From: an uncultured delta proteobacterium | GTDB lineage: Bacteria; Desulfobacterota; RBG-13-43-22 | Reading direction: 5' to 3' | Length of the DNA stretch: 64,000 nucleotides | Assembly: GCA_963843145.1 (NCBI GenBank) | Contig: CAWJJC010000020.1 | Location: forward strand, 256,001 to 320,000 | Shown here: one piece after another, positions 37,545-47,699 of the stretch | How positions within the stretch are numbered: the stretch's first letter is position 1 | How the letters are laid out: every line of letters starts with the position of its first letter | Made by a program: the position numbers and the translations under genes | The notes under the pieces: generated by a model | The model's input: only the letters and a program-made list of their open reading frames with translations | What the model was told of the DNA's origin: nothing | Databases searched by the model: none

Positions 37545-38363
37545 ATGGAAATCGAGGACTTTCAGGACATTCTGTACGAGAAGGAGCCGGAAACGGGGAT
37601 AGTCACCATCACCTTCAACCAGCCGGAACGAAAAAATGCCTTGAGCCTGATCACCTTCCTGGAATTGGGATCGGCCCTGGAGGCGATAGAAAAGGACCCG
37701 GAGGCCCGGGTCTTGATCCTGACCGGCCGAGGCGAAGCCTTTTCCTCCGGGGGATATTTTAACCTGAACTTCATGCAGAGCCTGACCCAGGAGCAGCGCA
37801 ACCAAATCGATGTTACCGACATCGCCCAGAAAAAACTGTGCCTGAAATTCTGGGAATTCGACAAGCCGGTGATTGCCGCCATCAACGGCCTGGCCATCGG
37901 TGCCGGGTTCACCCTGCCCCTGGCCTGCGCCGACCTGATCTATATGGCCGAGGAGGCCTTCCTGCGGTTCCCCTTTACTCAGATCGGCGTCATTCAGGAA
38001 TTCGCCTGCTCCTATCTGCTGCCCCGGCTCCTCGGATTTCAAAAAGCCAAGGAGCTGTTGTTTTTCCCCGAAAAGATTACGGCCGCCCGGGCACTAGAAC
38101 TGGGGCTGATCAATGGCGTGGTGCCGGGAGCCGAACTGCTGCCCTTCGTCCGGGAAAAGGCCCGGCAACTGGTCCCCCCCCAGGGCGCCGCCCTGGCCCT
38201 GCGCCTGGCCAAGCAGGCCTTTCACCAACCCCTGATCACGGAGATTTCCGCGGCCCTGGATCAGGAAAACCTGGGATTGAACCAGGCCTTCGGCAGCGAG
38301 GATTTTTTCGAGGCCCTGGCGGCCCGGATGGAGAAGAGGCCGGCGCGGTTCAAGGGAAGATAA
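37545..38363 (+). CDS. Enoyl-CoA hydratase/isomerase family protein
   Basis: ITFNQPERKNAL, AFSSGG, KPVIAAING.A.GAG, ITA.RALELGLIN. Confidence 0.9.
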   Translation: MEIEDFQDILYEKEPETGIVTITFNQPERKNALSLITFLELGSALEAIEKDPEARVLILTGRGEAFSSGGYFNLNFMQSLTQEQRNQIDVTDIAQKKLCLKFWEFDKPVIAAINGLAIGAGFTLPLACADLIYMAEEAFLRFPFTQIGVIQEFACSYLLPRLLGFQKAKELLFFPEKITAARALELGLINGVVPGAELLPFVREKARQLVPPQGAALALRLAKQAFHQPLITEISAALDQENLGLNQAFGSEDFFEALAARMEKRPARFKGR

Positions 38364-38497
38364 AAGTTCGCCTTGGGTCGGACCCCAAGGATTATCCGAG
38401 TAAAATCTTTTGGCCCTTTGTCGTCTCCCCAACCATCCAGTTAAATCATAATTAAATGTTACCAAGAGGGTAGTAGCGGAGAGGACTTCACCCACCC

Positions 38498-38526
38498 TTG
38501 CCACAAGAGAGAATTTTTATTATAAT
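38498..38526 (+). promoter_or_regulatory. Sigma70 promoter upstream of the molybdo-enzyme operon
   Basis: TTGCCA-N17-TATAAT. Confidence 0.7.
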
Positions 38527-38695
38527 ATTCCATTTCCAAGTCCAGGCATCTAATAGCCAGGAAGACAGGTCCGTAGTATAATCAAACGGAAAATCCCGCA
38601 GAGGTTATTGAGGGAAGACCGGTATCAGGCCACAGCCGTTGAAAGCGGAAACCATTTGATCCAATTGGTCAACCTGTAATCATTCGGAGGTCTTC

Positions 38696-39340
38696 ATGAA
38701 AAAGAAAAAGATCGGCGAGAACGGTTCAGGCCAAACAGAGGGCATCACCAGGCGCCATTTCCTTACCTCTTTGGGGACGGGTGCGGCGGTGGTGGCGGCA
38801 ACCGGGAAATCTCATTGCCGAGACCGCCCGGGAGCCCGAAATTTTAAAAGCCAATGAAACGGCAAAAATAACCCTCTCGATCAACGGCCGCCGCCACCGT
38901 CTGCTGGTCGAGTCCCGGTGGTCGCTCCTCTTTGTACTGAGGGAGAAGCTCGGGCTGACCGGCACCAAGGTAGGCTGCGAACGGGGTGAATGCGGGGCCT
39001 GCACGGTCCTCATCGATGATGTGCCCCGTTATGCCTGCCTGATCCTGGCCGTAGAGGCTCAGGGGGTCAAGATCACGACCCTGGAGGGCTGATGGCCGGT
39101 GACGAGCTGGGTTCGGTCCAGCAGGCCTTTGTGGAAGAGGATGCCTTCCAGTGCGGCTATTGCACGCCGGGGCAGATCATGGCGGCCGAGGGGCTGCTTC
39201 GGTCCAGGCCGAAACCCTCCCCTGAAGAGATCCGGAGGGCCATGAGCGGCAACCTTTGCCGCTGTGGGGCCTACGATAATATATTCAAGGCCGTCGAGCG
39301 GGCCGCCGCCCTTAGAAACGGGAAAGGAGGCCGGGTATGA
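38696..39340 (+). CDS. Xanthine dehydrogenase-family 2Fe-2S subunit with Tat signal; frameshifts near 38808 and 39088
   Basis: GITRRHFL twin-arginine motif; GTKVGCERGECGACTV; FQCGYCTPG; GNLCRCG. Confidence 0.85.
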
Positions 39341-41667
39341 ACACAGAGGATAAAAGTCTTTACTATCAGACAGACACCCCCGTTCCCGATACCCCTCTGC
39401 CGGGAAAGGCACCTGCCCCCTGGAAGAAAACCCAGGTCGTAGGTAAATCCATACCGAGGGTCGATGCCTACGAGCGGGTAAGCGGCCGGGCCGTTTATCC
39501 CTCGGACCTTTCCCTTCCCCGTATGCTTTACGGGGCCATCCTCCGCTCCCCCTATCCCCATGCCCGAGTTAAAAAGTTAGATACCACAGGGGCGGAAAAG
39601 ATGAAGGGAGTCCGCTCGGTGATCAGCGCCTCTACCGGCGAAGCGGAGGTTACCTGGCCTTACACTAAGGAAAAGAAGGTTAAGCTCTTTGACCCCGAGT
39701 GCCGGTACGAGGGCGAGACGATCGCCGCCGTAACCGCGGAAACACCCTATCAGGCCTGGGATGCCGTGCGGGCCATCAAGGTGGACTATGATATTCTTCC
39801 CTTCGTCGTCGACGAGCGGAAAGCGCTTGATCCGAAGGCTTCCCCGGTCCAGCCGGAAGGGAACAGGGTCAAACCGGTCGAGATATACGAACGGGGGGAT
39901 ACGGCCAAAGGGTTTGCCCTGGCCGACGTGGTCCTGGAGCAGACCTATCGGACGGAATGCGAACTCCATACCCCCATGGAGCTCCATGGCTGCGTGGCCC
40001 GCTGGGAGCGGAACCTCCTGACCATCTGGGAATCGACCCAGGGGGTTTACCCGGTGCAGGCCCGGGTTGCCGAGGTCCTCGGTCTGCCTCTTTCGAAGGT
40101 CCGGGTCATCGGCCATTACATGGGAGGAGGATTCGGCAGCAAACTCCAGGCCGACAAATATACGATTATTGCCGCCCTTCTGGCCAAAAAGACGGGCCGG
40201 CCGGTAAAGCTCTTTTTGACCAGGGAGGAGACCTTTCTGGCCGTGGGTAACCGGCCCCCGGCGAACATGAAGCTAAAGGCCGGGGTGAAGAAAGACGGCA
40301 TCCTCACGGCCCTGTATTTTACCTGTACCGGCACGGGGGGCGCCTTTCCGGCAGGCGGTACAGCCCTGGTGGACTGGCTCATCAAAGAGTTGTACCTCTG
40401 CCCGAATGTCCGGACCGAACTTTCGGACGTCTACGTCAATGCCGGCCTGTCCAGGCCCTTTCGGGCTCCAGGCCATCCCCAGGGGGCCTGGGCCCTGGAA
40501 CAGATGCTGGATGCCCTGGCCGAGGCTATCGGGATGGACCCGGTGGAACTACGCCTCAAAAACATACCGACTTTCAGCCAGACCAGGAATGGGAATCCGG
40601 CTTACACGACCACCGGCTTAAGAGAGTGTCTCGAAGAAGGGGCCAAGGCCTTTGGGTGGGACCAGGCGCGTAAAGAAATCGCCCGGACCCCAAAAAACGT
40701 CAAGCTGCGGCGGGGGGTCGGTATGGCCGGCTCCACCTGGTTCGTCGGCGGAGGCGGACCGCCTTCCACCATCATTGTCAGGCTCTTCTCCGACGGCAGC
40801 GTCAACCTGAACATGGGGGCGAGCGATATCGGGACCGGCACGAAGACCGTCATGGCCCTGGTCGTTGCCGAAGAACTGGGCATTAAGCCCGAGGCCATCC
40901 AGATCGAGCATGCCGATACGGGAACCACCCAATACGCCACTGCCAGCGGAGGCAGCAAGACCGTTCCCACCGAGTCGCCGGCTGTACGCGCGGCGGCCAT
41001 CGACGTGAAGCGGCAGATACTGGAGCTGGCGGCGGAGGAACTGAAGACCGATGCCTCGGCCCTGGCGATCAGACAGGGGACGGTATGGGATGGAAAAGAT
41101 CCCTCCCGGAAGATCAAGATAACCGATATACCGGGGCTCAAGGCCCAGGGGGTGGTCGTCGGCATCGGCCACCGGGGACCCAATCCCAAGAACAAATTTG
41201 TCAATCCCTTTTGCGCCCAGTTCTGCGAGGTGGAGTGCAACATGAAGACGGGCGAAGTCAGGATTATCCGCTTCCTCAGCGCCAACGACAGCGGCCGGGT
41301 CATGGACCGGCTCACCTATGACAATCAGGTGGGAGGGGGTATCACCATGGGGGTGGGCCTGGCCCTGACGGAAATGAGAGTCCTCGACGCCGAACAGACC
41401 GGGAAGATGGTCAACAGAAACTGGCATGATTACAAGCTTCCCACGGCCCTCGATGTGCCCGGCCGGATCGTCTCGCTTCCCCTGGACAGGCCCGATGACG
41501 AGGCCAACTCGACGGGCAGCAAAGGTTTAGGGGAACCGGTGACGATCCCCACGGCCGCGGCCATCGCCAACGCGGTCTACCACGCCACGGGTCTGAGAAT
41601 GACGGCCAGCCCCATCAATCCCGTCACCCTCTGTGAAAAACTGGCCAAGGGCCGGAAGGAGGTCTGA
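39337..41667 (+). CDS. Xanthine dehydrogenase-family molybdopterin-binding subunit
   Basis: RSPYPHA, MGGGFGSK, FRAPG, DIGTG, GSKGLGE. Confidence 0.93.
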   Translation: MNTEDKSLYYQTDTPVPDTPLPGKAPAPWKKTQVVGKSIPRVDAYERVSGRAVYPSDLSLPRMLYGAILRSPYPHARVKKLDTTGAEKMKGVRSVISASTGEAEVTWPYTKEKKVKLFDPECRYEGETIAAVTAETPYQAWDAVRAIKVDYDILPFVVDERKALDPKASPVQPEGNRVKPVEIYERGDTAKGFALADVVLEQTYRTECELHTPMELHGCVARWERNLLTIWESTQGVYPVQARVAEVLGLPLSKVRVIGHYMGGGFGSKLQADKYTIIAALLAKKTGRPVKLFLTREETFLAVGNRPPANMKLKAGVKKDGILTALYFTCTGTGGAFPAGGTALVDWLIKELYLCPNVRTELSDVYVNAGLSRPFRAPGHPQGAWALEQMLDALAEAIGMDPVELRLKNIPTFSQTRNGNPAYTTTGLRECLEEGAKAFGWDQARKEIARTPKNVKLRRGVGMAGSTWFVGGGGPPSTIIVRLFSDGSVNLNMGASDIGTGTKTVMALVVAEELGIKPEAIQIEHADTGTTQYATASGGSKTVPTESPAVRAAAIDVKRQILELAAEELKTDASALAIRQGTVWDGKDPSRKIKITDIPGLKAQGVVVGIGHRGPNPKNKFVNPFCAQFCEVECNMKTGEVRIIRFLSANDSGRVMDRLTYDNQVGGGITMGVGLALTEMRVLDAEQTGKMVNRNWHDYKLPTALDVPGRIVSLPLDRPDDEANSTGSKGLGEPVTIPTAAAIANAVYHATGLRMTASPINPVTLCEKLAKGRKEV

Positions 41668-41671
41668 GTCG

Positions 41672-42643
41672 ATGATCCAATCTTTCCAGTATATCAGCGT
41701 TAAACGGGTTGAAGACGGGGTGAAACAACTTTCAAGCAGGGGATCGAAAATACATGCCGGGGGAACGGATCTTCTCGGATGCCTCCGGGAACGGGTCTTT
41801 CCCGTAGAAAAAGTGGTGAGCATCAACGGCATCAAGGATCTGAAGGGTATCAGCGAGAAGGGCGGCGGGCTCAGGATCGGAGCTTTGACCACGATTAAGG
41901 AAGTGGCCGAAAACCCGCTGATCCAAAGGCTTTTCCCCGGCCTGGCCCGGGCGGCAGGAGAGGTGGCCAGCCCCCCGCTTGCGCAACCAGGGTACCATCG
42001 GCGGCAACATCTGCCAGAAACCCCGTTGCTGGTACTACCGCGGTGAATTTCATTGCACCCGGAAAGGCGGCGGGACCTGTTTGCCTATTCGGGGGAGAAC
42101 CAGTACCATTGCCTCTTCGGCGGCGACGGTTGCTACATCGTTCACCCCTCCGATACGGCCCCGGTCCTGGCAGCGCTTGAGGCCCAGGTGGGCCTGATCG
42201 GCCCGCAAGGAGCCCGGATGGTGAAGGTGGAGGAGTTTTTTGTACTTCCGGTCGTTGACCCGACCCGGGAGACGGTGATCGGGCCGGAGGAGATATTGAC
42301 CGAGATTCTGATCCCCGCGCCTCCGCCCAGGTTGAAAAGCTCCTACAGGAAAGTCCGTGCCCGCCGCTCATGGGATTTTGCCTTGACCGGCGTAGCCCTG
42401 GCCCTGACCTTCGACGGCGTCAGGGTGGCCAAGTCGCGGGTATTCCTGAGCGGAGTCGCACCGATTCCTTGGCGGGCGCAGGAAATAGAAGAAGAAATAA
42501 CCGGCAAGGAGTTAACGACGGGAACGATCGCCAAGGCCGGAGCGGCTGCCATCAAAAAGGCCGAACCCCTGTCAAAAAACGGGTACAAGGTTCCCTTACT
42601 GCAGGCCGTGATAGAAGAGGAGTTGGAAGCCATTAGGCCGTAA
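41672..42643 (+). CDS. Xanthine dehydrogenase-family FAD-binding subunit; frameshifts near 41975 and 42080
   Basis: AGGTDL, LRIGAL, RNQGTIGGNICQKPRCWYYR, HPSD.A..L.AL, R.SWDFA, NGYK. Confidence 0.85.
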
Positions 42644-42682
42644 AGGAAATCCGAGGGCCAGCTTGGAACCCAAAAAGCAATA

Positions 42683-42756
42683 GGGCAAACCCTTTCGCCA
42701 AGACCCTTCGTCCATTCCAGATAGGAGGGCCTACCCACCCGATAGGGCGAAGCGTC
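42683..42756 (-). repeat. Dispersed ~77-bp repeat, copy D
   Basis: Reverse complement GACGCTTCGCCCTATCGGGTGGGTAGGCCCTCCTATCTGGAATGGACGAAGGGTCTTGGCGAAAGGGTTTGCCC. Confidence 0.75.
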
Positions 42757-42782
42757 GAAATGATAAATTGGAGGCCTGAATA

Positions 42783-43274
42783 ATGAAGATAAATCCGGAT
42801 TTTGTTTCCCCCTGCGGCCTTTATTGCGGAGTTTGTGCTATTTATATGGCCCACCGGGATAACAATCTTAAATTCAAAGAGCGGTTGGTGAAACTGTATC
42901 AGGGAAAAGTATCCGGCAAGGGCACTCTTCCGAATAGTGAAAGCCTCTCCGTAGAAGATATTAAGTGCCATGGCTGTTTGTCCGATGAACGATTTATGCA
43001 TTGCCGCCAATGCGACATCAGGGAGTGCGCCCAGGGAAAAGGTTTCAGCGGATGCCATCAGTGCGAGGAATTTCCCTGCCAATACATCGACTATTTTCCC
43101 ATGACCGTCGGCAAAAAGGTTATTCTACGGGCTATTCCGTATTGGCGAGCGGTTGGTACTGAAAAATGGATTCAGGACGAAGAAGCCCGCTATGTTTGTC
43201 CGGAATGCGGCAATAGAGTCTTCCGGGGCGTTGTAAAATGCAATCAGTGTAAAGCGAAGTTGGATCTGGACTAG
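42783..43274 (+). CDS. DUF3795 Cys-rich protein with C-terminal zinc ribbon
   Basis: PCGLYCGVC, C.GC, C..C.IREC, C.QC.EFPC, CPECG...CNQC. Confidence 0.85.
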   Translation: MKINPDFVSPCGLYCGVCAIYMAHRDNNLKFKERLVKLYQGKVSGKGTLPNSESLSVEDIKCHGCLSDERFMHCRQCDIRECAQGKGFSGCHQCEEFPCQYIDYFPMTVGKKVILRAIPYWRAVGTEKWIQDEEARYVCPECGNRVFRGVVKCNQCKAKLDLD

Positions 43275-43410
43275 TTTTTTATTGGCAAGATACGACCTAT
43301 TATTACACCTGTAACCTCGTAACGTCCGCGTGAAGGCAGACGGTAAAAGCTATCGCTTTCCCCGCTATTTATCCTGGTCGTAAGGCCAATAACTTGAAAG
43401 GCTGAATCAA

Positions 43411-44625
43411 ATGAGCACTGAAAAACGAAAGCACTTTTTCATGGAAAATGAGCAGATGGACTTTGAAACCCAGATTCTCCTCGGTTGCTGCCAATACGGT
43501 GCGGCGGATGCCGGGGAAATTCTGGCGGCGGTTGACCGCATATCGTCGGGCGATTTTGAGCAATGGTATCAGTCCTGGTTTGCCCTGGCCGAGCGGTTGC
43601 AGGGAATAGCCGAACGGAGCGCCGCCTCAGGCAATACGGTGAGCGCGAGGAAGGCATTCTTGCGGGCCGCAACCTATTTTTCAGCATCGGCTATTTTTAT
43701 CGATGGGACCAAGTATCCGGCGAGAGGCCTACCGGCCTGGAAGCGACATCTGAACTGCTGGGAGCTGTTCTGTTCCTGCTTGACCCCACCGGCCGAGCTG
43801 GTCAGTATCCCCTACGAAGGACTCTCGTTACCTGGTTACTTATTCCTTCCCGTCCAATCTGGCGGCCCCTGGGCCACGATTATCTTTAATAACGGCAGTG
43901 ACGGCCCCACATCCGGGATGTGGACTTGCGGTGTAGCCGCGGCGCTGGAGCGGGGCTATGCCGCCCTGGTTTTTGACGGCCCCGGCCAGAATGCCCTGTT
44001 GTGGCTCCAGAATATTCCTTTCCGTCCTGATTGGGAAAAGGTCATCACACCGGTCGTAGACTTCCTCCTAAAGCGCGAAGACATCGACCCCAAGCGGATT
44101 GCCCTATCAGGAATAAGCCAGGCCGGCTACTGGGTCCTGCGCGCCCTGGCCTTCGAGCACCGGATCGCGGCCGGTATGGTCGACCCGGGGGTAATGGATG
44201 TTTCCGTGACCTTTTTTCGGGAACTCCCACCGGAAATGGGGGAACTGCTTGATGCCGGGGCCGAAAAGGAATTCAACGCCTTCATGGAGGAGGGTCTCCG
44301 GCAGGCCGGGGACGCAGTGCGCCAGAACGTTACCTGGCGGATGAAACCCTACCAGACCCGGAGCTTCTATCAAATGTTCAAGATGGTGCAGCAGTACAAC
44401 GCCCGGGACGTCATCCGGCAGATACAATGCCCCCTGTTCATCGCCGATCCCGAGGATGAGCAGTTCTGGCCCGGGCAGTCCCAAGAAGTCTATGACGCGC
44501 TGGTTTGCCCCAAGACCATCGTACGTTTCACCGCTGAAGAAGGAGCCAATTGGCATTGCGAGCCCAAGGCCCGCTCTCTTTACGACCAGCGCATGTTCGA
44601 TTGGCTGGCCAAGACGCTGCTCTAA
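43411..44625 (+). CDS. Alpha/beta hydrolase (S9/2,6-dihydropseudooxynicotine hydrolase-like)
   Basis: IPYEG..LPGY, NGSDG, FDGPGQ, GISQAGY, EEGA..HCE. Confidence 0.85.
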   Translation: MSTEKRKHFFMENEQMDFETQILLGCCQYGAADAGEILAAVDRISSGDFEQWYQSWFALAERLQGIAERSAASGNTVSARKAFLRAATYFSASAIFIDGTKYPARGLPAWKRHLNCWELFCSCLTPPAELVSIPYEGLSLPGYLFLPVQSGGPWATIIFNNGSDGPTSGMWTCGVAAALERGYAALVFDGPGQNALLWLQNIPFRPDWEKVITPVVDFLLKREDIDPKRIALSGISQAGYWVLRALAFEHRIAAGMVDPGVMDVSVTFFRELPPEMGELLDAGAEKEFNAFMEEGLRQAGDAVRQNVTWRMKPYQTRSFYQMFKMVQQYNARDVIRQIQCPLFIADPEDEQFWPGQSQEVYDALVCPKTIVRFTAEEGANWHCEPKARSLYDQRMFDWLAKTLL

Positions 44626-44668
44626 TGATCTTGGCCATTGCCATCGTGATGATATTAGTGAGGGTCAA

Positions 44669-44950
44669 TTGACCTGGAAGAAGAAAATAATCGGAAATTT
44701 GCTCCTCCCTTCGCTGGCTCCGGCTCTGCTGGTCACCCTCTACTTCACCCCGAAGGATGTTTTTGGCTGCGCGAACCGTGGCTACCTGGCCTTGGTGGTT
44801 GTGTTCATTGCCCTGGGTGCCGCCGTTGGCACGGCAATTAAAGGGATTGGCAAAAAAAAACAGGGAAACACCGAGGAAGCCCAGTGGTGGATCGTTTCTA
44901 CCTTGATCCTGGTTTCGCCCTTGTTTCTTCTGGTCGGGCCACTGGGCTGA
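44669..44950 (+). CDS. Small 3-TM hypothetical membrane protein
   Basis: TTG start behind GAGG; three hydrophobic segments; YFTPKDVFGCANRG. Confidence 0.6.
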   Translation: MTWKKKIIGNLLLPSLAPALLVTLYFTPKDVFGCANRGYLALVVVFIALGAAVGTAIKGIGKKKQGNTEEAQWWIVSTLILVSPLFLLVGPLG

Positions 44951-45025
44951 GCAGGAGCATGAAGGCCGGTGATTCCAACCCCCTTCCGGATACTAAGGAC
45001 GTGATCCGATAATCAGGCACCGGGA

Positions 45026-45982
45026 CTACAGTGCCCGGCTCTGGAGGATCATCCACAGGTAAAACGCGGCGTAACTGCGCCAGCCGGCCCATCGTTCGGC
45101 GATTTCACGGGCGGCCTTCTCCGAGGGTCTCTCCGGCAGGCCCCGCAGTTCCTGCAAGGCCGCCTGCAACCCCAGGTCCCCGGCCGGGAAGATATCGGAG
45201 CGCCCCAGGCCACGCATCAAAACAATCTCCGCGGTCCAGCGGCCCACCCCCTTGATTTCGCACAGGCGCTTCAAGGCCTCTTCATCGGGGAGCCTCGCCC
45301 AGGCCAACCAATCGAGTTCGCCCTCCGCCGCCCGACGGGCGATGCCCAGAAGGTAGGCGGCTTTCTGCCTCGAGAGGCCTTGGGCACGCAAGCCCTCTTC
45401 ACCGGCCTCGATCAACTGCTGCGGCGAGGGGTAGAGACCGTAGTGCTCCTCTTCGCGGGAATCGGAGACAATGATTTGGGTCCCCAGATTCTCCATCAAC
45501 CGGTAGCGGATGGATTGGGCCGCCCGCACGCTGACCTGCTGCCCTATGACGGCGACCAGCAAGGCCTCGTACACATCGGGGGCCCGCACGATCCGCAGCC
45601 CCCCGAACCGCTTCCGAAGCGGGGCTAGGTCGGGATCCGCGGCCATGACCGCCAGGCGGCCCGCCGCGTCATCATCAAGACCCCATAAAAACCGGGTTTG
45701 CCTGGCGAGTTCATCGAGCAAAGAGGCCTTCGCCCGCCGGAGACGGGCGGCCTGACCCTGAAGGGAGACGAGGCGGAGGCCCATCGTACCCGCCCCGGTC
45801 AGGTCGAACTCGGCCACAACGGGAATACCGGCCAGCCGGAGGGCCCGTCGCAGGATGCGCTGGTCAACAAAACGGTAGGGTGCCCCGTAAGAAGAAGTGC
45901 GGACGTGGTGGAGCATCCACTCGACGTTGAAAGGTTCGGGCAGGGATAGGTGCCTGGAAGGCCCTTCTCGCGGGATCGACAT
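45026..45982 (-). CDS. alkA: DNA-3-methyladenine glycosylase II (AlkA family)
   Basis: YEALL.AVIGQQVSV.AA, GLSRQKA, IKGVGRWTAE HhH motif, FPAGDLG, WRSYA. Confidence 0.88.
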   Translation of the reverse strand: MSIPREGPSRHLSLPEPFNVEWMLHHVRTSSYGAPYRFVDQRILRRALRLAGIPVVAEFDLTGAGTMGLRLVSLQGQAARLRRAKASLLDELARQTRFLWGLDDDAAGRLAVMAADPDLAPLRKRFGGLRIVRAPDVYEALLVAVIGQQVSVRAAQSIRYRLMENLGTQIIVSDSREEEHYGLYPSPQQLIEAGEEGLRAQGLSRQKAAYLLGIARRAAEGELDWLAWARLPDEEALKRLCEIKGVGRWTAEIVLMRGLGRSDIFPAGDLGLQAALQELRGLPERPSEKAAREIAERWAGWRSYAAFYLWMILQSRAL

Positions 45983-46359
45983 GAAAGCAGCGCCTTTATT
46001 CCTCGCTAGGCTTACATGGGCATGAGCCGCTGTAGGCGTTGCAGTTCCTCTCCCAGCCACTCCGGGTGCTGGGCCGTGCCGTCGAATAACGAAGGGGTAG
46101 GAGTAACCTTCTAAATCGTTCGACCCGGCAGGGCAGGGATCCAATAATCATGGAGAGTAGGCAGCGGAGAAATAAATCCCCTTTCCTTTACTTATTTGGT
46201 AATCTTTGTTAGAGGGGCTGTCAAGGATCTTTTTGATCCGGCCGGGATTTCTCTGACCCCCAGGCCGGAGAGGAGCCCCGGGTGCTGTGGCCGGATCGGA
46301 GGATGAAGCCGCTCCCTCATGCCAACGTTTAAGTGGCCAAGACGACAGGAGGATGATGT

Positions 46360-46722
46360 ATGGCAATGTGGTCTTTGAACTACGACGGCAAGCAACTCGG
46401 TCCCCTGGACCAGGCCCCGGCGCAGGCGGGGCAGAATCCTCACGGTTACGCCTGGAGGGAAGGATTTAACTCCTGGGTTCCCATATCCACGGTGGATTTC
46501 GACATCCAGCAGGCTGGAGGGATAAAAACCGCCCTCTTCGGCGGTGAAGGTCTCTTCTTTGCCTCCCTGAGAGGACCCGGAAAGATCTGGCTCCAATCGC
46601 TGCCCTTCTCCCGACTGGCCGGCCGGATGCTTCAGGCCGCCCCGCAGAAAGGGGGTAGGAGAGAAGAAAGATCTATTCTGGGAAGCCTGGGCGGGTTGCT
46701 CGACGGCGATAATCGTTACTAG
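46360..46722 (+). pseudogene. GYF_2 + AIM24 (TIGR00266-like) gene with large in-frame internal deletion
   Basis: GKQLGP...AWREGF.SW.PI N-domain joined directly to the terminal [37 protein letters not shown] part. Confidence 0.7.
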
Positions 46723-46724
46723 AA

Positions 46725-47699
46725 ATGGAAGCATCGTATCTACACCTTTGGAAAACCGGGAGCTTTTCCGATCGGGTAAAAAAAGTCCGGGACCTTTTGG
46801 CTCCCTGCCGGTTGTGCCCTCGCGAATGCCGGGTGGATCGTCTCTCCGGCCAAACCGGGTTTTGCGGCCAAGGGACCGGGGCCCGGGTGGCCAAGGCCCT
46901 GCCCCATTTCGGGGAGGAACCGCCGTTGACGGGTGAACGGGGAGCCGGAACGGTTTTCTTTACCGGTTGTGCTCTCCGCTGCCTGTACTGTCAAAACTAT
47001 CAGATCAGTCAGGAAGGCCTGGGAGATGAAATATCCGCTGAGGCTCTGGCGAATATTTTCCTGAATCTGCAATACCGCGGCTGTCACAACCTGGACCTGG
47101 TCTCCCCTACCCCCCACTGGCCCTTTATCCTGGAGGCCCTGGATATCGCCATTCCCCGAGGGCTTACCTTACCGATCGTCTATAATACCCACGGCTATCT
47201 GTCACTCCCCCTGCTGAAATTGTTGGAGGGCATCGTCGATATCTACCTGCCGGATATGAAATACGGGACCGATGAAACGGCCGAACAACTTTCTCAGGCC
47301 CCCGGGTATACTAGCCTAAACCGGCAGGCCGTTTGCGAAATGTTCGCCCAGACCGGCCCCCTGAAAACAAATGGGGAGGGCCTGGCCTTCCAGGGGTTGC
47401 TGGTTCGGCACCTGGTGCTCCCGGGGAATCTTTCCGGCACCTCGGCCGTGCTCCAGGACTTGTTGGAAATCTCCCCGCGGATTCCACTCAGTCTCATGGC
47501 CCAATACCGGCCCATCCACCTGGCCGGGGATCATCCCCCGCTTTCCCGATCGCTCAATAAAAGGGAATATGAAAAGGCTTTGGATCTGGTCGAGAGATTT
47601 GGATTCGCGGAAGTGTTCATTCAGGATTTGGACAGTTCCGAGGTATACTTTCCTGATTTCAATCGGGAAGATCCTTTTCAAACAGCAGAAAGAAAGTAA
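46725..47699 (+). CDS. PflX-like radical SAM protein
   Basis: C.LCPREC.VDR, HFGEEPPL.G..G.GTVFF.GCALRCLYCQN..ISQ, DIYLPDMKY, LVRHLVLPG. Confidence 0.88.
   Translation: MEASYLHLWKTGSFSDRVKKVRDLLAPCRLCPRECRVDRLSGQTGFCGQGTGARVAKALPHFGEEPPLTGERGAGTVFFTGCALRCLYCQNYQISQEGLGDEISAEALANIFLNLQYRGCHNLDLVSPTPHWPFILEALDIAIPRGLTLPIVYNTHGYLSLPLLKLLEGIVDIYLPDMKYGTDETAEQLSQAPGYTSLNRQAVCEMFAQTGPLKTNGEGLAFQGLLVRHLVLPGNLSGTSAVLQDLLEISPRIPLSLMAQYRPIHLAGDHPPLSRSLNKREYEKALDLVERFGFAEVFIQDLDSSEVYFPDFNREDPFQTAERK

Noticed and set aside
38527-38695. Moco riboswitch in the molybdo-enzyme leader
   Set aside because: Could not identify the conserved motif elements by eye; needs an Rfam scan
39086-39094. TGA after ...TTLEG in the 2Fe-2S subunit as a possible Sec codon
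   Set aside because: Homology resumes in a different frame (LMAGDEL), the position is not a Cys site and no SECIS follows; it is a one-base deletion
42678-42760. c-di-GMP-I riboswitch (GGGCAAACC start)
   Set aside because: Lacks the GAAA tetraloop/receptor and GCAAAGC junction; the sequence is copy D of the dispersed repeat
45983-46144. 54-aa N-terminal extension of AlkA
   Set aside because: No similarity to AlkA/Ada domains; ATG at 45982 is the more plausible start
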